Origin: an uncultured Gammaproteobacteria bacterium
GTDB taxonomy: Bacteria > Pseudomonadota > Gammaproteobacteria > CAWCPV01
Assembly: GCA_963797555.1 (NCBI GenBank)
Contig: CAWCPV010000007.1
Coordinates: forward strand, 352,001 to 416,000
DNA: 64,000 bases
Direction: 5' to 3'
Shown: positions 1 through 10,930 of the stretch, in pieces
Layout: each line of letters opens with the position of its first letter
Numbering within the stretch: the first letter of the stretch is position 1
Notes under the pieces: model-generated
The model's input: only the letters and a program-made list of their open reading frames with translations
Told to the model about the DNA's origin: nothing
Database searches by the model: none
Made by a program: the position numbers and the translations under genes

Positions 1-2
1 GG

Positions 3-668
3 TCGTTTCGCCTGCTGGTGTTCGATTGGGACGGGACGCTGATGGACTCGGCCGCCCGCATCGTGTCCTGCATGCAGGCGGCGATGCGCGATACGGGTGT
101 CGAGCCGCTGGAGCCTGGGCGCATCCGGGAGATCATCGGGCTTGGGCTGCCGGAGGCCCTGGACACGCTTTTCCCGGGCGGCGACCAGGCGTTGAGGGAC
201 AGACTGGTCGAGCGGTACCGGCACCACTTCTTGGTCGCCGACCGCACGCCGTCCGCTCTCTTTGCGGACGTGCGTGAGACACTGCTCGGTTTGCACCAGC
301 GCGGTTATCTCTTGGCGGTGGCGACCGGCAAGGGACGGTGCGGGCTGAACAAGGCTCTCGCAGACACAGGGGTTGGGCCGCTGCTGGACGCGACCCGCTG
401 CGCCGATGAGACGCAGTCCAAGCCTCACCCGCAGATGCTCTGGGACATCCTGGGGCTGCTTTCGGTAGCGCCCAGCGAGGCTCTCATGGTAGGCGACACC
501 GAGTACGACCTGTTGATGGCGCGGAATGCGGGCATGGGAGGGATAGCGGTGTGCTATGGGGTGCACGACCCGGCGAGGCTCCAGCGGCATGCGCCACTGG
601 CATGCATGGAGCACGTCGCCCAGCTCTTGCCGTGGCTGGAAGCGGCGGAGCACCGTCGCCGCGCCTGA
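3..668 (+). CDS. HAD-IA family hydrolase (phosphoglycolate phosphatase-like), 5' end outside window
   Basis: Motifs FDWDGTLMDS, VATGK, SKPHP, MVGDTEYD; frame open from window edge. Confidence 0.9.
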   Translation, partial: SFRLLVFDWDGTLMDSAARIVSCMQAAMRDTGVEPLEPGRIREIIGLGLPEALDTLFPGGDQALRDRLVERYRHHFLVADRTPSALFADVRETLLGLHQRGYLLAVATGKGRCGLNKALADTGVGPLLDATRCADETQSKPHPQMLWDILGLLSVAPSEALMVGDTEYDLLMARNAGMGGIAVCYGVHDPARLQRHAPLACMEHVAQLLPWLEAAEHRRRA

Positions 669-709
669 TCGCCCTTCGCGGGCCGAGTTGAACCGGCAGA
701 GCGCCGCCT

Positions 710-1822
710 TCAGCCGCCACTCGGCCCGCGCGCTTCCGTGCCGGCCACCAGGTCGCGAACCCCGGCCGGGCGCTCGCTGTGATGTCTCAGGGCCTTCATG
801 ACCTTCCACGCGTGCAGGACGCTCCAGAAATAGGCGGCGAACAGCATCATCAAGCCGAGGAACATCACCGATTCGGGGATCCTCATGTGGAACCCCGCCA
901 CACCGACGGCCGCGAGACCCAGGGCGAGACTCGTCATGATGAGCACCGATTCGTTCACGCTGTAACCGGCTGCCTGAAGAATATGGTGGAAGTGCTCGCG
1001 GTCCGCCGCGAACGGCGACCGACCCTTCAGTACCCGCCGCAGCATGATGCTGACCGTGTCGAACAAGGGCAGGGCGAAGATCCACAGGGCCGTGACCGGG
1101 GTCATGGCCGGTGCATCTCCCTGTGACAGACCGATGCTGAACCAGGCGATGGCGAAGCCAAGGAACATGCTGCCCGCGTCGCCCATGAACACGAGGGCGC
1201 GCGGCCTCCCAGCGAAGCGCAGGTTCAGGCATAGAAAGGCTGCGACTGCAGAGGCGAGGACGAGCAGCACCTGAGCCTCCGCGAGGTGCCCGGCCGCGAG
1301 CGCCAGCGCGGCCATGGTCCCCAAGGCAATCAAGGCTAGGCTGCCCGCCAGCCCGTCGAGGCCGTCGGCCATGTTCAGAGCGTTGATCACCCCGACCGTC
1401 GCGAACGCCGTGACCGGCGCCTCCCAGGGCCGGAGAGTGAAGAGGCCGCTGGATACGAGATGACCGAGGTGCCCCAGGCGCACGCCTCCCCAATAGATCA
1501 TGGCTAGAGCGGCCATGATCTGGCCGATGAACCGTGTGCGGGAAGACAGCTCGTGGAAGTCGTCGAGAACCCCTACGAGCACGAGAAGGGCAGAGCCTGC
1601 GAAGAGCGCTCGCAGTGGTGCCAGCGAGACATCCAATGTGAGCACCGCAAACAGAAACCCCCAGAACATGGCGATGCCGCCGATCAAGGGCACAGGTCCG
1701 TCATGGCACTTGCGTCCGCCCGGGCAGTCCACGAGATCGATGCGCCGAGCTAGAGGCATGAGGACTCGGAGCAGAGTCAGGGTGACGGCAAAGGCGATGA
1801 CGTGACTCGACAGGTAATGCAT
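710..1822 (-). CDS. wecA: Undecaprenyl-phosphate HexNAc-1-phosphate transferase (WecA/MraY family), initiating transferase
   Basis: DxPGGRKxH, GVLDD, NALNMADGLDG, FMGDAGS, DREHFHH motifs; multiple TM segments. Confidence 0.92.
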   Translation of the reverse strand: MHYLSSHVIAFAVTLTLLRVLMPLARRIDLVDCPGGRKCHDGPVPLIGGIAMFWGFLFAVLTLDVSLAPLRALFAGSALLVLVGVLDDFHELSSRTRFIGQIMAALAMIYWGGVRLGHLGHLVSSGLFTLRPWEAPVTAFATVGVINALNMADGLDGLAGSLALIALGTMAALALAAGHLAEAQVLLVLASAVAAFLCLNLRFAGRPRALVFMGDAGSMFLGFAIAWFSIGLSQGDAPAMTPVTALWIFALPLFDTVSIMLRRVLKGRSPFAADREHFHHILQAAGYSVNESVLIMTSLALGLAAVGVAGFHMRIPESVMFLGLMMLFAAYFWSVLHAWKVMKALRHHSERPAGVRDLVAGTEARGPSGG

Positions 1823-1950
1823 CGTTCGTTACCTCGCCATCGTCGTGTGCGACGCACACACCAGGTTTCGATCGCAGCCGCGGGCGACGAATCTTTGGGT
1901 TGCCCCGGCGCAGATGCTAGAGGCTGCGCTTCCCGGGAAGCGGCAGCCCC

Positions 1951-2652
1951 CTAGAGATGGTCCGCGCTGCCCGAGCGGGTCATGGGGCTTGGACGCTTCC
2001 AGAGGACCACGTCCGGTCTCGCCTCGAGGCGCTGGGTCAATTCGCGCTGTTTGCGTCGCAACGTCGCCAGGGCTGCACTACGCAGCCGGCTGCCGGAGTT
2101 CTGCACTCCTCTCCATGCGCTCTTCTGCACGACCTGCTTGGCACCTTCCGGGAGGGCGTACCAACCGGAGATGCCGAACTCGGCCACCGCGATCTGCACA
2201 TCGGGCTCGGCTGGTCCGAGCTCTGCGGCCCGAGTGAGCGCATGGGCGAAAGCCGGGTCAAGCTCCGTCAGCGCGAGTTGGGTCTGCGCGAGGTTCGCCC
2301 AGGTATATGGCCAGGTGGGCCGTAAGGCGGCGGCGCGTCTGTAATAGTCGCGGGATTTCCTGCGCAAGACTCGCGCGTTGGCCGCGTGCGCGGCCTGGTC
2401 GATGGCTCTCCAGGCGTATAGGTCGCCGAGGTCGCCCAAAATGTCCGCATCCCAGGGCCGCACGCGAAGGGCCGTGTTTAGGGCGCGCTCTGCTCTTGCC
2501 TTCTCCGCCTCCGAGGGCGCTTGCGCGCGCTCGTCCATCAGACCGAGCGCCTGCTCAGCCTGCGCGATGTAGAGATCGGCGGCGAGCGAAAGCAGAGCAT
2601 AGCCGGATAAGGCGGCGAAGATGCTGCTGAGAACAAGCGCGGCCGGTCTCAA
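1951..2652 (-). CDS. VpsP-like TPR-type polysaccharide biosynthesis protein
   Basis: N-terminal TM, helical repeats, RPTWPYTWANLA and LGP motifs; directly after wzc as in Vibrio vpsMNOP order. Confidence 0.65.
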   Translation of the reverse strand: MRPAALVLSSIFAALSGYALLSLAADLYIAQAEQALGLMDERAQAPSEAEKARAERALNTALRVRPWDADILGDLGDLYAWRAIDQAAHAANARVLRRKSRDYYRRAAALRPTWPYTWANLAQTQLALTELDPAFAHALTRAAELGPAEPDVQIAVAEFGISGWYALPEGAKQVVQKSAWRGVQNSGSRLRSAALATLRRKQRELTQRLEARPDVVLWKRPSPMTRSGSADHL

Positions 2653-2901
2653 GACTTATGGAGAAAGCGTCGCGGGCGGTCCGAAAGCAAGGCGCACGGC
2701 GCGCAGTCAAGGAGACATCGCAAGTCGCCAGGCGAGGAGCAAGCACCCCGCAACGCCGCTGGCGAGATGCGCAGCAAATTCATTCACAGACTCTGGACCC
2801 CGCCAAGAGGCTTGCCGACGGTTGGGGCCTCCCCCGACAGCCTGCAATCCCGGCCGCCGCCGCGCGCAGAGCACGCCCACGGATTCTGCCGCCGCGCCGG
2901 C

Positions 2902-5169
2902 TCAGGAGGCCTTTCGGTAGTATCCATAGTGCGTGTAATACTGCTTGTAGTAGCCATACTTTCCGTACTTGGCAACCTTCTCCAGGTCCACCCGGTTCAG
3001 GACCACGCCGATCACCGGCGCGTCCACCTCGCGCAGGCGTTTGATTCCCGCGCCGATCACCTGGTAGGGCGTGACGTCCGCCTTCGCCACGTATATCACC
3101 GCGTTGGCGTGCTGCGCGAGTACTAGCGGGTCGCTTACGATTTGAGCGGGTGCGCTATCGATGACGATGCGCTCGTAGATGTTGCCAAGTTTCTCGAGCA
3201 GCAGTGCCATCTTCTGGGAGGACAGAAGCTCCAGCGGGTTCGGGGGGATGATACCTGCGGGCAAGACGTGCACGTCACTGTCGGCGACCTTGCGGATGCA
3301 TTCTGCGGCCGATGCGGTGCCGGCTATCAGGTTCGACAGGCCGGGGGCATCGCGGTCGAAGCCGCACATCTCACCGAGGGATGGTCGGCGCATGTCGGCG
3401 TCGATGAGCAGAACCTTTTGCAGGTGGGCCAACGCGAACGCCAAATTCATGGCCACGGTGGTCTTGCCTTCGCCCACCAGTGAGGACGTGACCAGAACGC
3501 ACTTGTGCGGATTATCCAGACCGGACAGCAGCACGCTGGTTCTCACGGTGCGAATGGCCTCGGCGAAATGGGACTGATTCTGGTCGAGGAACGCCCGCTC
3601 CGGGGGTGTCCGCTTGGCGCCTTGTTGCCTGAGGGCAGGAAGGATCCCGAGCACGGGCTCATGCAGCTTCTCCTCGACGTCCTCGCCGGTCTTCAGGGTA
3701 TTGTCCAGTCGCTCCAGGAAGAAGGCGAGCCCGATTCCGGCGAGTAACGCCAGCAGCAAGGCCGTGCCGAGGATGCGCTTCTTGTCTGGCCAGATCGCCC
3801 CCCCGGGCGGGATCGCGGGATCCACGACCCGAGCTGTGGCGGCCTGCACGTCGCTGCTGCCGACATCGGTCTGTTTCGCCCGCGTGAGGAAGGTGTCGTA
3901 GAGCTGCCGGTTCGCCTGGACGTTGCGATCGAGCTGCTGCACGTCGAATTCCTTGCGGTTGACCTGCTGGAGTTTGGTCTTCGCTTCCTCGAACTGTTTT
4001 TCGAGCTGCGCCACGTTTGCCTGGGCCGCACGCACTTCGCTGGCGACGCCGCCGACGGCTGCAGTCAGCTCCTTGTCCAGCTCCGCGCGAACGGCTTCCA
4101 GCTTCGACTGTGCGGCAATCATCTTGGGGTGCTGGGGACCGTAGCGCTTGGAGTACTCGGCAATCTGCCGCTGCGCGTCGACTTCCGCGATCTTGAGGCT
4201 CTGGACCAGCTCGTCCTTGGCTGCCACCGACTCCGATCCGGTAGTCGTTTGCTTGGCGCCGCTCCGCATCTGTGCGTAAAGATCGGCGAGGTCCTTGCGC
4301 CTCTGCCGGGCCCGATCGAGCTGCTCCCGAATGGTCTGCAAGTCGTTGACGGCCAGTGTTTTTACACCGGAGATGTCCACCAGACCTTCGCGCTCCCGAT
4401 AGGTCTGCAGCGCCTTCTCGGACTGGTCCAGTTTCGCGCGCAATTCCTGCAAGCGCTCGCTGAGCCAGACCGACGCCTTTTGCGTCATCTGAAAACGCGC
4501 ATCCAGCGTGCTCTCGATATAGCCGTCCGCCATGGCGTTCGCCACCTTCGCCGCGAGCCTGGGGTCGTGCGCGTCGAAGCTGATATGCACCAGCTCGCTC
4601 TTCTCGACCGGGTCGATGACGAGGTTACGCTTGATGGCGCCGACGGCTCGGGCTTTGAGCTGGTCCTCCGTCAGCGGCTGCGGCTTGTCAGGCCCCACCA
4701 GCCACTGCGGCAGCCAAGCGTGAGGGAACCAGGCCCGCCACTTGGTCTCGAACGGCGCAGGCTCCTGCTGAGCCGGGTCGAAGGCCGGGTGCTTCCATAG
4801 CTCTTGGCGCTCGACCACCTTCTCAGCGAGAGTCCGCGAACTCAATATCTGATACTGCGTCTCGTAGTAAAGGTAGTTCTGATAGGCCGAGTCGACGATA
4901 TCCTGGATGGAGACGATCTTGGCCGGCTTGGACTCGATCAGCAGGGTTGCGGTGGCCCGATAGACAGGCTTGATGAACCCGATTGTCAGACTCGCCAGGA
5001 CGCCCGTGACCAGCATGATCCCGAGAATGGTCCATTTGCGCTTCTTGACGGTACGCCAGTATTGCCGAAGGTCTAGCTGTTCCTCGTCGGCTTGCTCATG
5101 GGGGCTCGCGAGACGGGAGGGTGGGACCGATGGCCGCACTGCGGCCGGCTGGGCGGAGATGCTCGACAT
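2902..5169 (-). CDS. wzc: Polysaccharide co-polymerase / tyrosine autokinase (Wzc/GumC/VpsO)
   Basis: Two TM flanking coiled coil; Walker A TSSLVGEGKTT, IDADMRRP, IDSAP; C-terminal Tyr cluster YGKYGYYKQYYTHYGYY. Confidence 0.95.
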   Translation of the reverse strand: MSSISAQPAAVRPSVPPSRLASPHEQADEEQLDLRQYWRTVKKRKWTILGIMLVTGVLASLTIGFIKPVYRATATLLIESKPAKIVSIQDIVDSAYQNYLYYETQYQILSSRTLAEKVVERQELWKHPAFDPAQQEPAPFETKWRAWFPHAWLPQWLVGPDKPQPLTEDQLKARAVGAIKRNLVIDPVEKSELVHISFDAHDPRLAAKVANAMADGYIESTLDARFQMTQKASVWLSERLQELRAKLDQSEKALQTYREREGLVDISGVKTLAVNDLQTIREQLDRARQRRKDLADLYAQMRSGAKQTTTGSESVAAKDELVQSLKIAEVDAQRQIAEYSKRYGPQHPKMIAAQSKLEAVRAELDKELTAAVGGVASEVRAAQANVAQLEKQFEEAKTKLQQVNRKEFDVQQLDRNVQANRQLYDTFLTRAKQTDVGSSDVQAATARVVDPAIPPGGAIWPDKKRILGTALLLALLAGIGLAFFLERLDNTLKTGEDVEEKLHEPVLGILPALRQQGAKRTPPERAFLDQNQSHFAEAIRTVRTSVLLSGLDNPHKCVLVTSSLVGEGKTTVAMNLAFALAHLQKVLLIDADMRRPSLGEMCGFDRDAPGLSNLIAGTASAAECIRKVADSDVHVLPAGIIPPNPLELLSSQKMALLLEKLGNIYERIVIDSAPAQIVSDPLVLAQHANAVIYVAKADVTPYQVIGAGIKRLREVDAPVIGVVLNRVDLEKVAKYGKYGYYKQYYTHYGYYRKAS

Positions 5170-5218
5170 TGGGCTTATCTCAATCTATGCGATGCGTTGC
5201 GCGGCGCTTGCGGCGGAG

Positions 5219-5914
5219 CTAGAAGAAGCTCTCTTCGACCGTGACGGTGTCGCCCGGGGCTACCGGATCGTCCAGACTCACGCGGGTGCGCTGGTCCGAG
5301 CGAGTACCCTCATGGTGCACGTAGATCCTCCCGCGGGAGGCGCGTTCCGTAAAGCCGCCGGCGGTGAGGATCGCCTGCGCCACGGTCAGCCCGGGCGAAT
5401 ACGGATAGCTGCTAGGCTTATGCACCTGGCCGGTGACGTAGAACGCGCGGTATTCCGCAACGGAGACTTGGACGCGGGGGTCGAGCAGATAGGGCCCTTT
5501 TAGACGGTCCGTAATCATCTGCTGGAGCTGGCTCACCGTGAGACCGGCGACCTTGATCTCCCCCAGGAGCCAGTACGTGATCGTGCCCTGGTGGTTCACC
5601 CGGACATCGGCCTTCATGTCGGACTCCCCGAACACCTCGATGTGGATCTTGTCGCCTGCGCCCAACTGATAATGCTGGGAGGCGCTCTCTGCCTGCGCCC
5701 CTGCCGCCAGCGGCGAAGCCCACGCCAAGGCCGTCCACAGTAGAAGGGGTAGCAATGCCGGGCGCTTGTGGAGAAATCGCCGCGAGCGGCCCGAGAGCGA
5801 CGCGCCCGGAGCGCAGCGACGAGACCGATCAACCCGGTAGGTGAGGACCACGCACCGCGCAGCGCCGCCGGCGGGACGCGCAGCGGACTTATTCACGAGA
5901 TCTAGGTTACGCAC
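5219..5914 (-). CDS. wza: Short polysaccharide export protein (OPX; Wza/VpsN type); true start probably further into the ORF
   Basis: YQLGAGDKIHIEVFGE poly_export motif, SLBB domain, ends GDTVTVEESFF with no OM helix. Confidence 0.9.
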   Translation of the reverse strand: MRNLDLVNKSAARPAGGAARCVVLTYRVDRSRRCAPGASLSGRSRRFLHKRPALLPLLLWTALAWASPLAAGAQAESASQHYQLGAGDKIHIEVFGESDMKADVRVNHQGTITYWLLGEIKVAGLTVSQLQQMITDRLKGPYLLDPRVQVSVAEYRAFYVTGQVHKPSSYPYSPGLTVAQAILTAGGFTERASRGRIYVHHEGTRSDQRTRVSLDDPVAPGDTVTVEESFF

Positions 5915-6263
5915 GTAGAGAAGCTAGAGGTCCGATGTTCGAGCCACCCCCGCGTGGCCGGGGCTTGTGGGGCGGCAGACACAAAGGCGACACAAGACCG
6001 TGAGGCGCAAAAGGCGGTGACGCCCGTGGCCCACTCCTTACCTTACGCACCAACGCGAAGTCGGCGGTGAGAATTACCGCCGGTGGAGATAGCGCTTCAA
6101 CTCCAACGTCATGCCGGGAATTGTACGCGATAACCCCGACATCGCGCGAGCGTCCATACGTCTGCCCCGAGCTGAGGGTCTTGTGACGACGCGCAGTGTA
6201 AAGGGGCCAACTGCCTCAGGACCATTGCAACCGAGATCCCTGAGCCGGAAGCGGCCCCCCGCG

Positions 6264-7605
6264 TTACATGGCGGCTTGGATGTAGAGCATATATACGTTG
6301 TCGCCGTACCCCTCGCCGGTTTCATTCGAGTGGCGCTGGTTACGGTCGTAACCCACGTTGAAGGTGAGCCACGGCCGGAACTGATATAGCCCCCGAATGG
6401 CGGCCGAGAACCGATTGTCCTGTCGGCCGCCCGGGTTGTAATTGTCGAGGGCATAGCCGAGGTCGAGTACGGTGCTGAAGCGCGGCCGCCAGTCGCGCGT
6501 CCACTGGCCCACGACGAACTGGGTCTTGACGTAGTCGGAGGTCGTCGTCGTCGTCTCGTACGTGGTCAGCCCGGTCAGGATCTGGTAAACGGAACCCTGC
6601 TGCTCCCGCCAGATTCCTCTAGCTTCCCAAGCGAAGCCAGAGAAGTTTCCGCGCTCGCTCGCATCGAAGTTCTTGTTGCGGTAGCCCAGTCGGACGATGC
6701 CCGTGGTCTTGTCGGTGACGTCCCATGTGGCCCCGGCGTTATAGAAGAGCTCGTTGCTGTCCAGGGTCACTGCACCCGGAGGCTGATTGGTATAGTTGTA
6801 ATTGGCGTCCAGGATTCCGGCCAGCAGCGAGGTTTTCGGCGCCACGCGATAATAGAACGTTCCGCCGACGTTCGGTCGTATTCACGTCGCGGGCTTCCTG
6901 GCCGTTGTTGGTGTAACGGCGGAAAATCTGTTCGGCCAAGAGCTCGAAACGTCCCTTCGATTCCGAGGTGCCGTAGGTGAAGAGTCCGCCGAAATTCGTC
7001 GAGTTCCAGGCGTCGGGCTCGCTGGCGGAGAACCCGACCGGCACTCCGTTTTCGCTGACGACGGTGTTCCTCACCGTACCCACCGGGAAATCCAGACCGC
7101 GCGGGTCATGCCAGTTGTAATACCCCGCGTTGAGGTTCAGGGTGGCACGCTGACTGAGGGACAAGGCCGCAGTCCCGAGCACCTGCTGGTCGACGGTGTT
7201 GTCGTTGGAATTGACGCCGACTCGCGTGACGAATGCCTGATAGACCAGGGTGTAGTCGTTCACACCGCGCCGGTAGTCGAAATTGATGGCGGGCGAGATG
7301 ACAGTGACCCAGCTACTCTTCTCGTTACTGTTTACGCGGTAGAAGTTGTCATCGTACGAGAAGCCCAAGGCCAGGGAGGGGTAGGCGGTCATCGGCCCCA
7401 CCGGAAGTCCTTGGACTTGTGCCTCCTGGGCGGGCGGGATGTAGTTTGCAATGACGTGGCCGTACGTCGTACCGGCGCCGTAAAACGCCCAGGCCGCACC
7501 CGGGAAAGCGCAGGCGCCCAGCAAGTACAGCGCGAGGGCCGAGCGCGCCTGCGGGCGGCGTTGCGGAGTCGAATGAATTGCGAAGCTCATTGTTTTCATC
7601 GGCAT
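6264..7605 (-). CDS. Outer-membrane beta-barrel protein (VpsM-like), frameshift near 6850-6870
   Basis: Signal peptide, YDDN motif, alternating beta strands; ORFs 6739-7605 and 6264-6845 join into one barrel; upstream of short wza. Confidence 0.8.
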
Positions 7606-7974
7606 CCCCTCGAAACCGATTGGGAAACGTGCCCGTGTCCGGCACTCGCAGCCCGACGCGCTTGGGCGTCAGCTCGGACTTGCCAGCGACAGTCCACCGG
7701 GACCGCGCACGGGCTCGACATTGTCCTGGTAAAGGTCAGCGAACGCTCGCCGCACCGCGCGCTTGTCGCCGCTTGAACGGAGTCGACGGCGACGCGGATG
7801 CGCGCCTGCGCAGACGGCCCCAAAAGGAACAACGTGCGCGGGACCACCGCATACGGCATCTCCAGGCAGGGCGACGGTGCAGTTTAGCAACATTCCGCGT
7901 ATCCAGTTGCTCGGAATCATCGGCGGTACCCGCGGTAAAGATGGCTAGTACCGACCCTTCGTACCCTGCTGCCA

Positions 7975-8003
7975 ACTATAGCCGCTCATTGCGACGCAAG
8001 CAA
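7975..8003 (-). promoter_or_regulatory. Candidate sigma70 promoter for the export block
   Basis: TTGCTT-N17-TATAGT in the long intergenic region upstream of the vpsM-like gene. Confidence 0.35.
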
Positions 8004-8132
8004 GAGCGAGTCAGTGCCGGCTAGAGCCCGGAGGCGCGTGTGGCCAGTGCTCGGTGCAACTTCACACCAAGCTGTTTCGCAATGGCAACATACCAGTGCG
8101 GATCGGCCACACTCGTGGGACTGTCCCTCTCC

Positions 8133-9353
8133 TCATCTTTGCTTTGCCAGCCAGTCCAGCAGCTTGGTGGCTTCTTCGACGCCACGGTCCTGAGCCCGTC
8201 TCAGCCAGGACCGGGCGAGCAGTAGGTTCTTGGGCACGCCCCGGCCTTCGGCGTACAGGCGGCCGAGGTTGAACTCGGCGGGCGGGAAACCCGCCTCGGC
8301 GGCTCGGCGGTACCACTGCGCCGCGGTCGAGACATCCTTAACACCTGCCGCTCCCGTTTCGTACATCTCGCCGAGATTGTTCTGGGCGCTCGCCACATTC
8401 GCTTCGGCAGCCGCCTTGTACAGCTCGAATGCCTTTTGCTCGTCCTTCGGAACGCCCGTTCCGGAGGCATAGAGCCAGGCCAACAGGCTCCGCGCACTGG
8501 GCCGGCCTTGTGCGGCCGCCCGCATGACCCACTCGGCACCTCGTTGGATGTTCTGCTCCTTGCCGGTAAGGTATGCCTCGCCCAGCAGATGCTGCGCTGC
8601 CGCATGGCCCCCTTCGGCGGCTTGCTGCAACAGCGGCATGAAACGCGCCCGGTCCGTCTCCGCGATGCACATCGCATACCGGTATGCGCTTGCCGGCGGT
8701 CCGTGCCGACTCGCCTTGCGATAATACTCGCAAGCGACTTTCTCGTTCTGCCGGACCAGGATACCTCTCCGATACAGAAGACCCATCGCCGCCTGTGCCA
8801 TCGGGTCGCCCTTGTCGGCCCTCGACTTCACTTGCGGGGCGGTGTCGCCGAGTCGGTCGCGGACGCGAGCCACCATGCCGCTCACTTGCGGGCCCTGCTC
8901 GAGGGATTCGGCCCGCTCGATCTGCTCCGCATAGCGTATCGTGATGTCAGCGAGGGCCCGCCGTGCGCTGTCGTTCTTTTCGTCAACCCGCAGCACCGCG
9001 CGATAGGCGTCTACCACCTCGTCCGCGCCCGGGTCGTCGTGAGCACGGGTGGCGGCCACGCGTCTGGCCTGATCGAGCAGCGCCTCGGTCCGTGAGGGGG
9101 GTGCCCCGGCGCAAGCCAGCGCCCCCCAGAATGCGAGCGAAAAGGCGAGCCAGGCACGGGGAGCGGCTCGGTACCTTGGAATGTGGTGAGACTCGGTGAA
9201 CGGCGGCAGCCCCGGGGTGCTCCGACGATTTCCTTCCGGGGGACGGCTGACGGGCCTGCGTGCCTTGACGCCGTGAACGGTCACGGCTTGGCCGACGTTG
9301 CAGCGCGTTGCGCATCGGCAAGGCTTCCCGCCTCCGCGAGCAGAGCTTGCCAT
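8133..9353 (-). CDS. Sel1-like repeat protein, probably exported; true start uncertain
   Basis: Repeated AQxxLGxxYxxGxGV...A..WYxxAA units; hydrophobic signal-like stretch WLAFSLAFWGALACA. Confidence 0.85.
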   Translation of the reverse strand: MASSARGGGKPCRCATRCNVGQAVTVHGVKARRPVSRPPEGNRRSTPGLPPFTESHHIPRYRAAPRAWLAFSLAFWGALACAGAPPSRTEALLDQARRVAATRAHDDPGADEVVDAYRAVLRVDEKNDSARRALADITIRYAEQIERAESLEQGPQVSGMVARVRDRLGDTAPQVKSRADKGDPMAQAAMGLLYRRGILVRQNEKVACEYYRKASRHGPPASAYRYAMCIAETDRARFMPLLQQAAEGGHAAAQHLLGEAYLTGKEQNIQRGAEWVMRAAAQGRPSARSLLAWLYASGTGVPKDEQKAFELYKAAAEANVASAQNNLGEMYETGAAGVKDVSTAAQWYRRAAEAGFPPAEFNLGRLYAEGRGVPKNLLLARSWLRRAQDRGVEEATKLLDWLAKQR

Positions 9354-10562
9354 GCAGCCAAGGCGAAGCGTCTGTCGAACCGCTGCTCACATAGCTCGCG
9401 GGCGTTGCTCCCCAGTCTGTGACGGCGATCCGGATCGTCGGCGAGCCGGGTGATGCAGGAGGCCAGCCCGTCCCCGTCGCCCTGCCGCACGGCATCTCCG
9501 CATTGTTGCTCGCGCAGCATGTCGGCGATCTCGCCGCGCGGATCACCGATGAATATCGTGGGCCGCCCGGCAGCGGCAATCCCGTAGAGCTTGCTGGGGA
9601 CGACGAGTCCCTCCAACTCCGGGCGCAGCGAAACGACGTGGACGTTGGGCGCGCTCAGGCTGGCAGCGAGGCGGTCTCTCGGCTGGTAGGGCTGGAAGAT
9701 CACGTTGGCCAAGCGCCGGCTCCGTACCTGTTCCGCCAGCCACGCTCGCTGCGGCCCATCACCGATGAACAGAAAGGTGAAACGGCTGTCGCTCGCGAGT
9801 CGTTGCGCGGCCTCCAGAATGGTCGAGAAGTCGTGCGCACGCCCCAGGTTTCCCGAATAGCCCACCACGAATTTCCCTTCCAGACCCCAGTCAGTCCGAA
9901 GCGGGTTCTGTGCCGAAGGGACAGGATATATCTGCCGGGTGTCCGCCCAGTTGTGGATGACGCGGATGGTTTCTGGGCGGATGCCTTCCGCCTTCAGGCG
10001 GCGCGCCATCCCCTCGCTCAAGACGGCGTTGATGCCCGCGATGTGCAGCGAGCGGTTTCGCACCTTGCGCAGCATGGCCGCCTGGCGGCCCCGCAGCCCG
10101 CGCACGCCGAGTGCACTGGCTACCTCGGGGAACACGTCCTGCAGCCAGTTCACCAGGACCGCTCTGCGGAACTGCGCGACTGCCGCCGCGAAGATAGAGA
10201 CGAGCGGCGGATCGGTCTTCGCGACCAGGACGTTACCGGCCTCGGTCAAAGACAGCGCCTGCGTGGTCGCAGAAACGTAGAAAGAGAGGTAGTCCAAGGC
10301 GCGGCCGGATAGGCGAGCGCGCCCAAAGCATCGAGCTCCACACGCGATGGATTTCTACTCCCCGGATACGCTCTCGCCCCGGGAGGCCGACGGCCGGGTC
10401 GTCGTAGCGCTGGCGCCCTGCAATGACGTGCACCTCATGCCCGCCCGCGGCCAAATCGAACGCGAGGTCGCTAAGGAGTTGGCTGGTTGCGGAATGGTCG
10501 GGGTGGAAGTAGCGGTTCAGGAAGATGATCTTCAGGGGACGGTCGGCCTCCGCCTCATTCAC
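9281..10562 (-). CDS. Glycosyltransferase family 4 (WbuB-like), frameshift near 10325
   Basis: LNRYFHPDHSATSQL N-terminus in ORF 10233-10625; TDPP, YSGNLGRAHD, VPSKLY in ORF 9281-10297. Confidence 0.88.
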
Positions 10563-10930
10563 AGTTACGCGACTCGCGTGTAAGCCACGGTGGTACCCCA
10601 TACTAAGATGACGCGAGACGGCCACCTGCCGCCATCAATCCCTGCTCCCGCCGAAATTGAGAGGCCGGCTGTTGGAGACTCTCGGAGATCGAGGTTCCTG
10701 CGCCCATTGCCGTATGGATACGCTCGACACCCTCGGGTTGCCCAAAGGCGCCGGAAACAACGCGTCCGAGGGGTTCGAGCACGCCTCACAAAGACCATTT
10801 GTTCAGCCTATGCGCCTATGAGCTTATGACCGCCAACGCCCATTGCTTGGACAGTCCTCCGTTCGACGCGGAAGGCGGTGGCACACCTCGCTTGCAGGTA
10901 AGCGTTCTATTTGTGATCCAAAAATTCGGT

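Noticed and set aside
5921-5970. Partial GEMM-like sequence (aagctagaggtcc..gtggccgggg)
   Set aside because: Antisense to the operon and lacks the GGCAAA/P2 half.
6063-6084. GGCGGTAAT as an ops site upstream of wza
   Set aside because: Lacks the conserved G8 and TG; better explained as one arm of a small hairpin.
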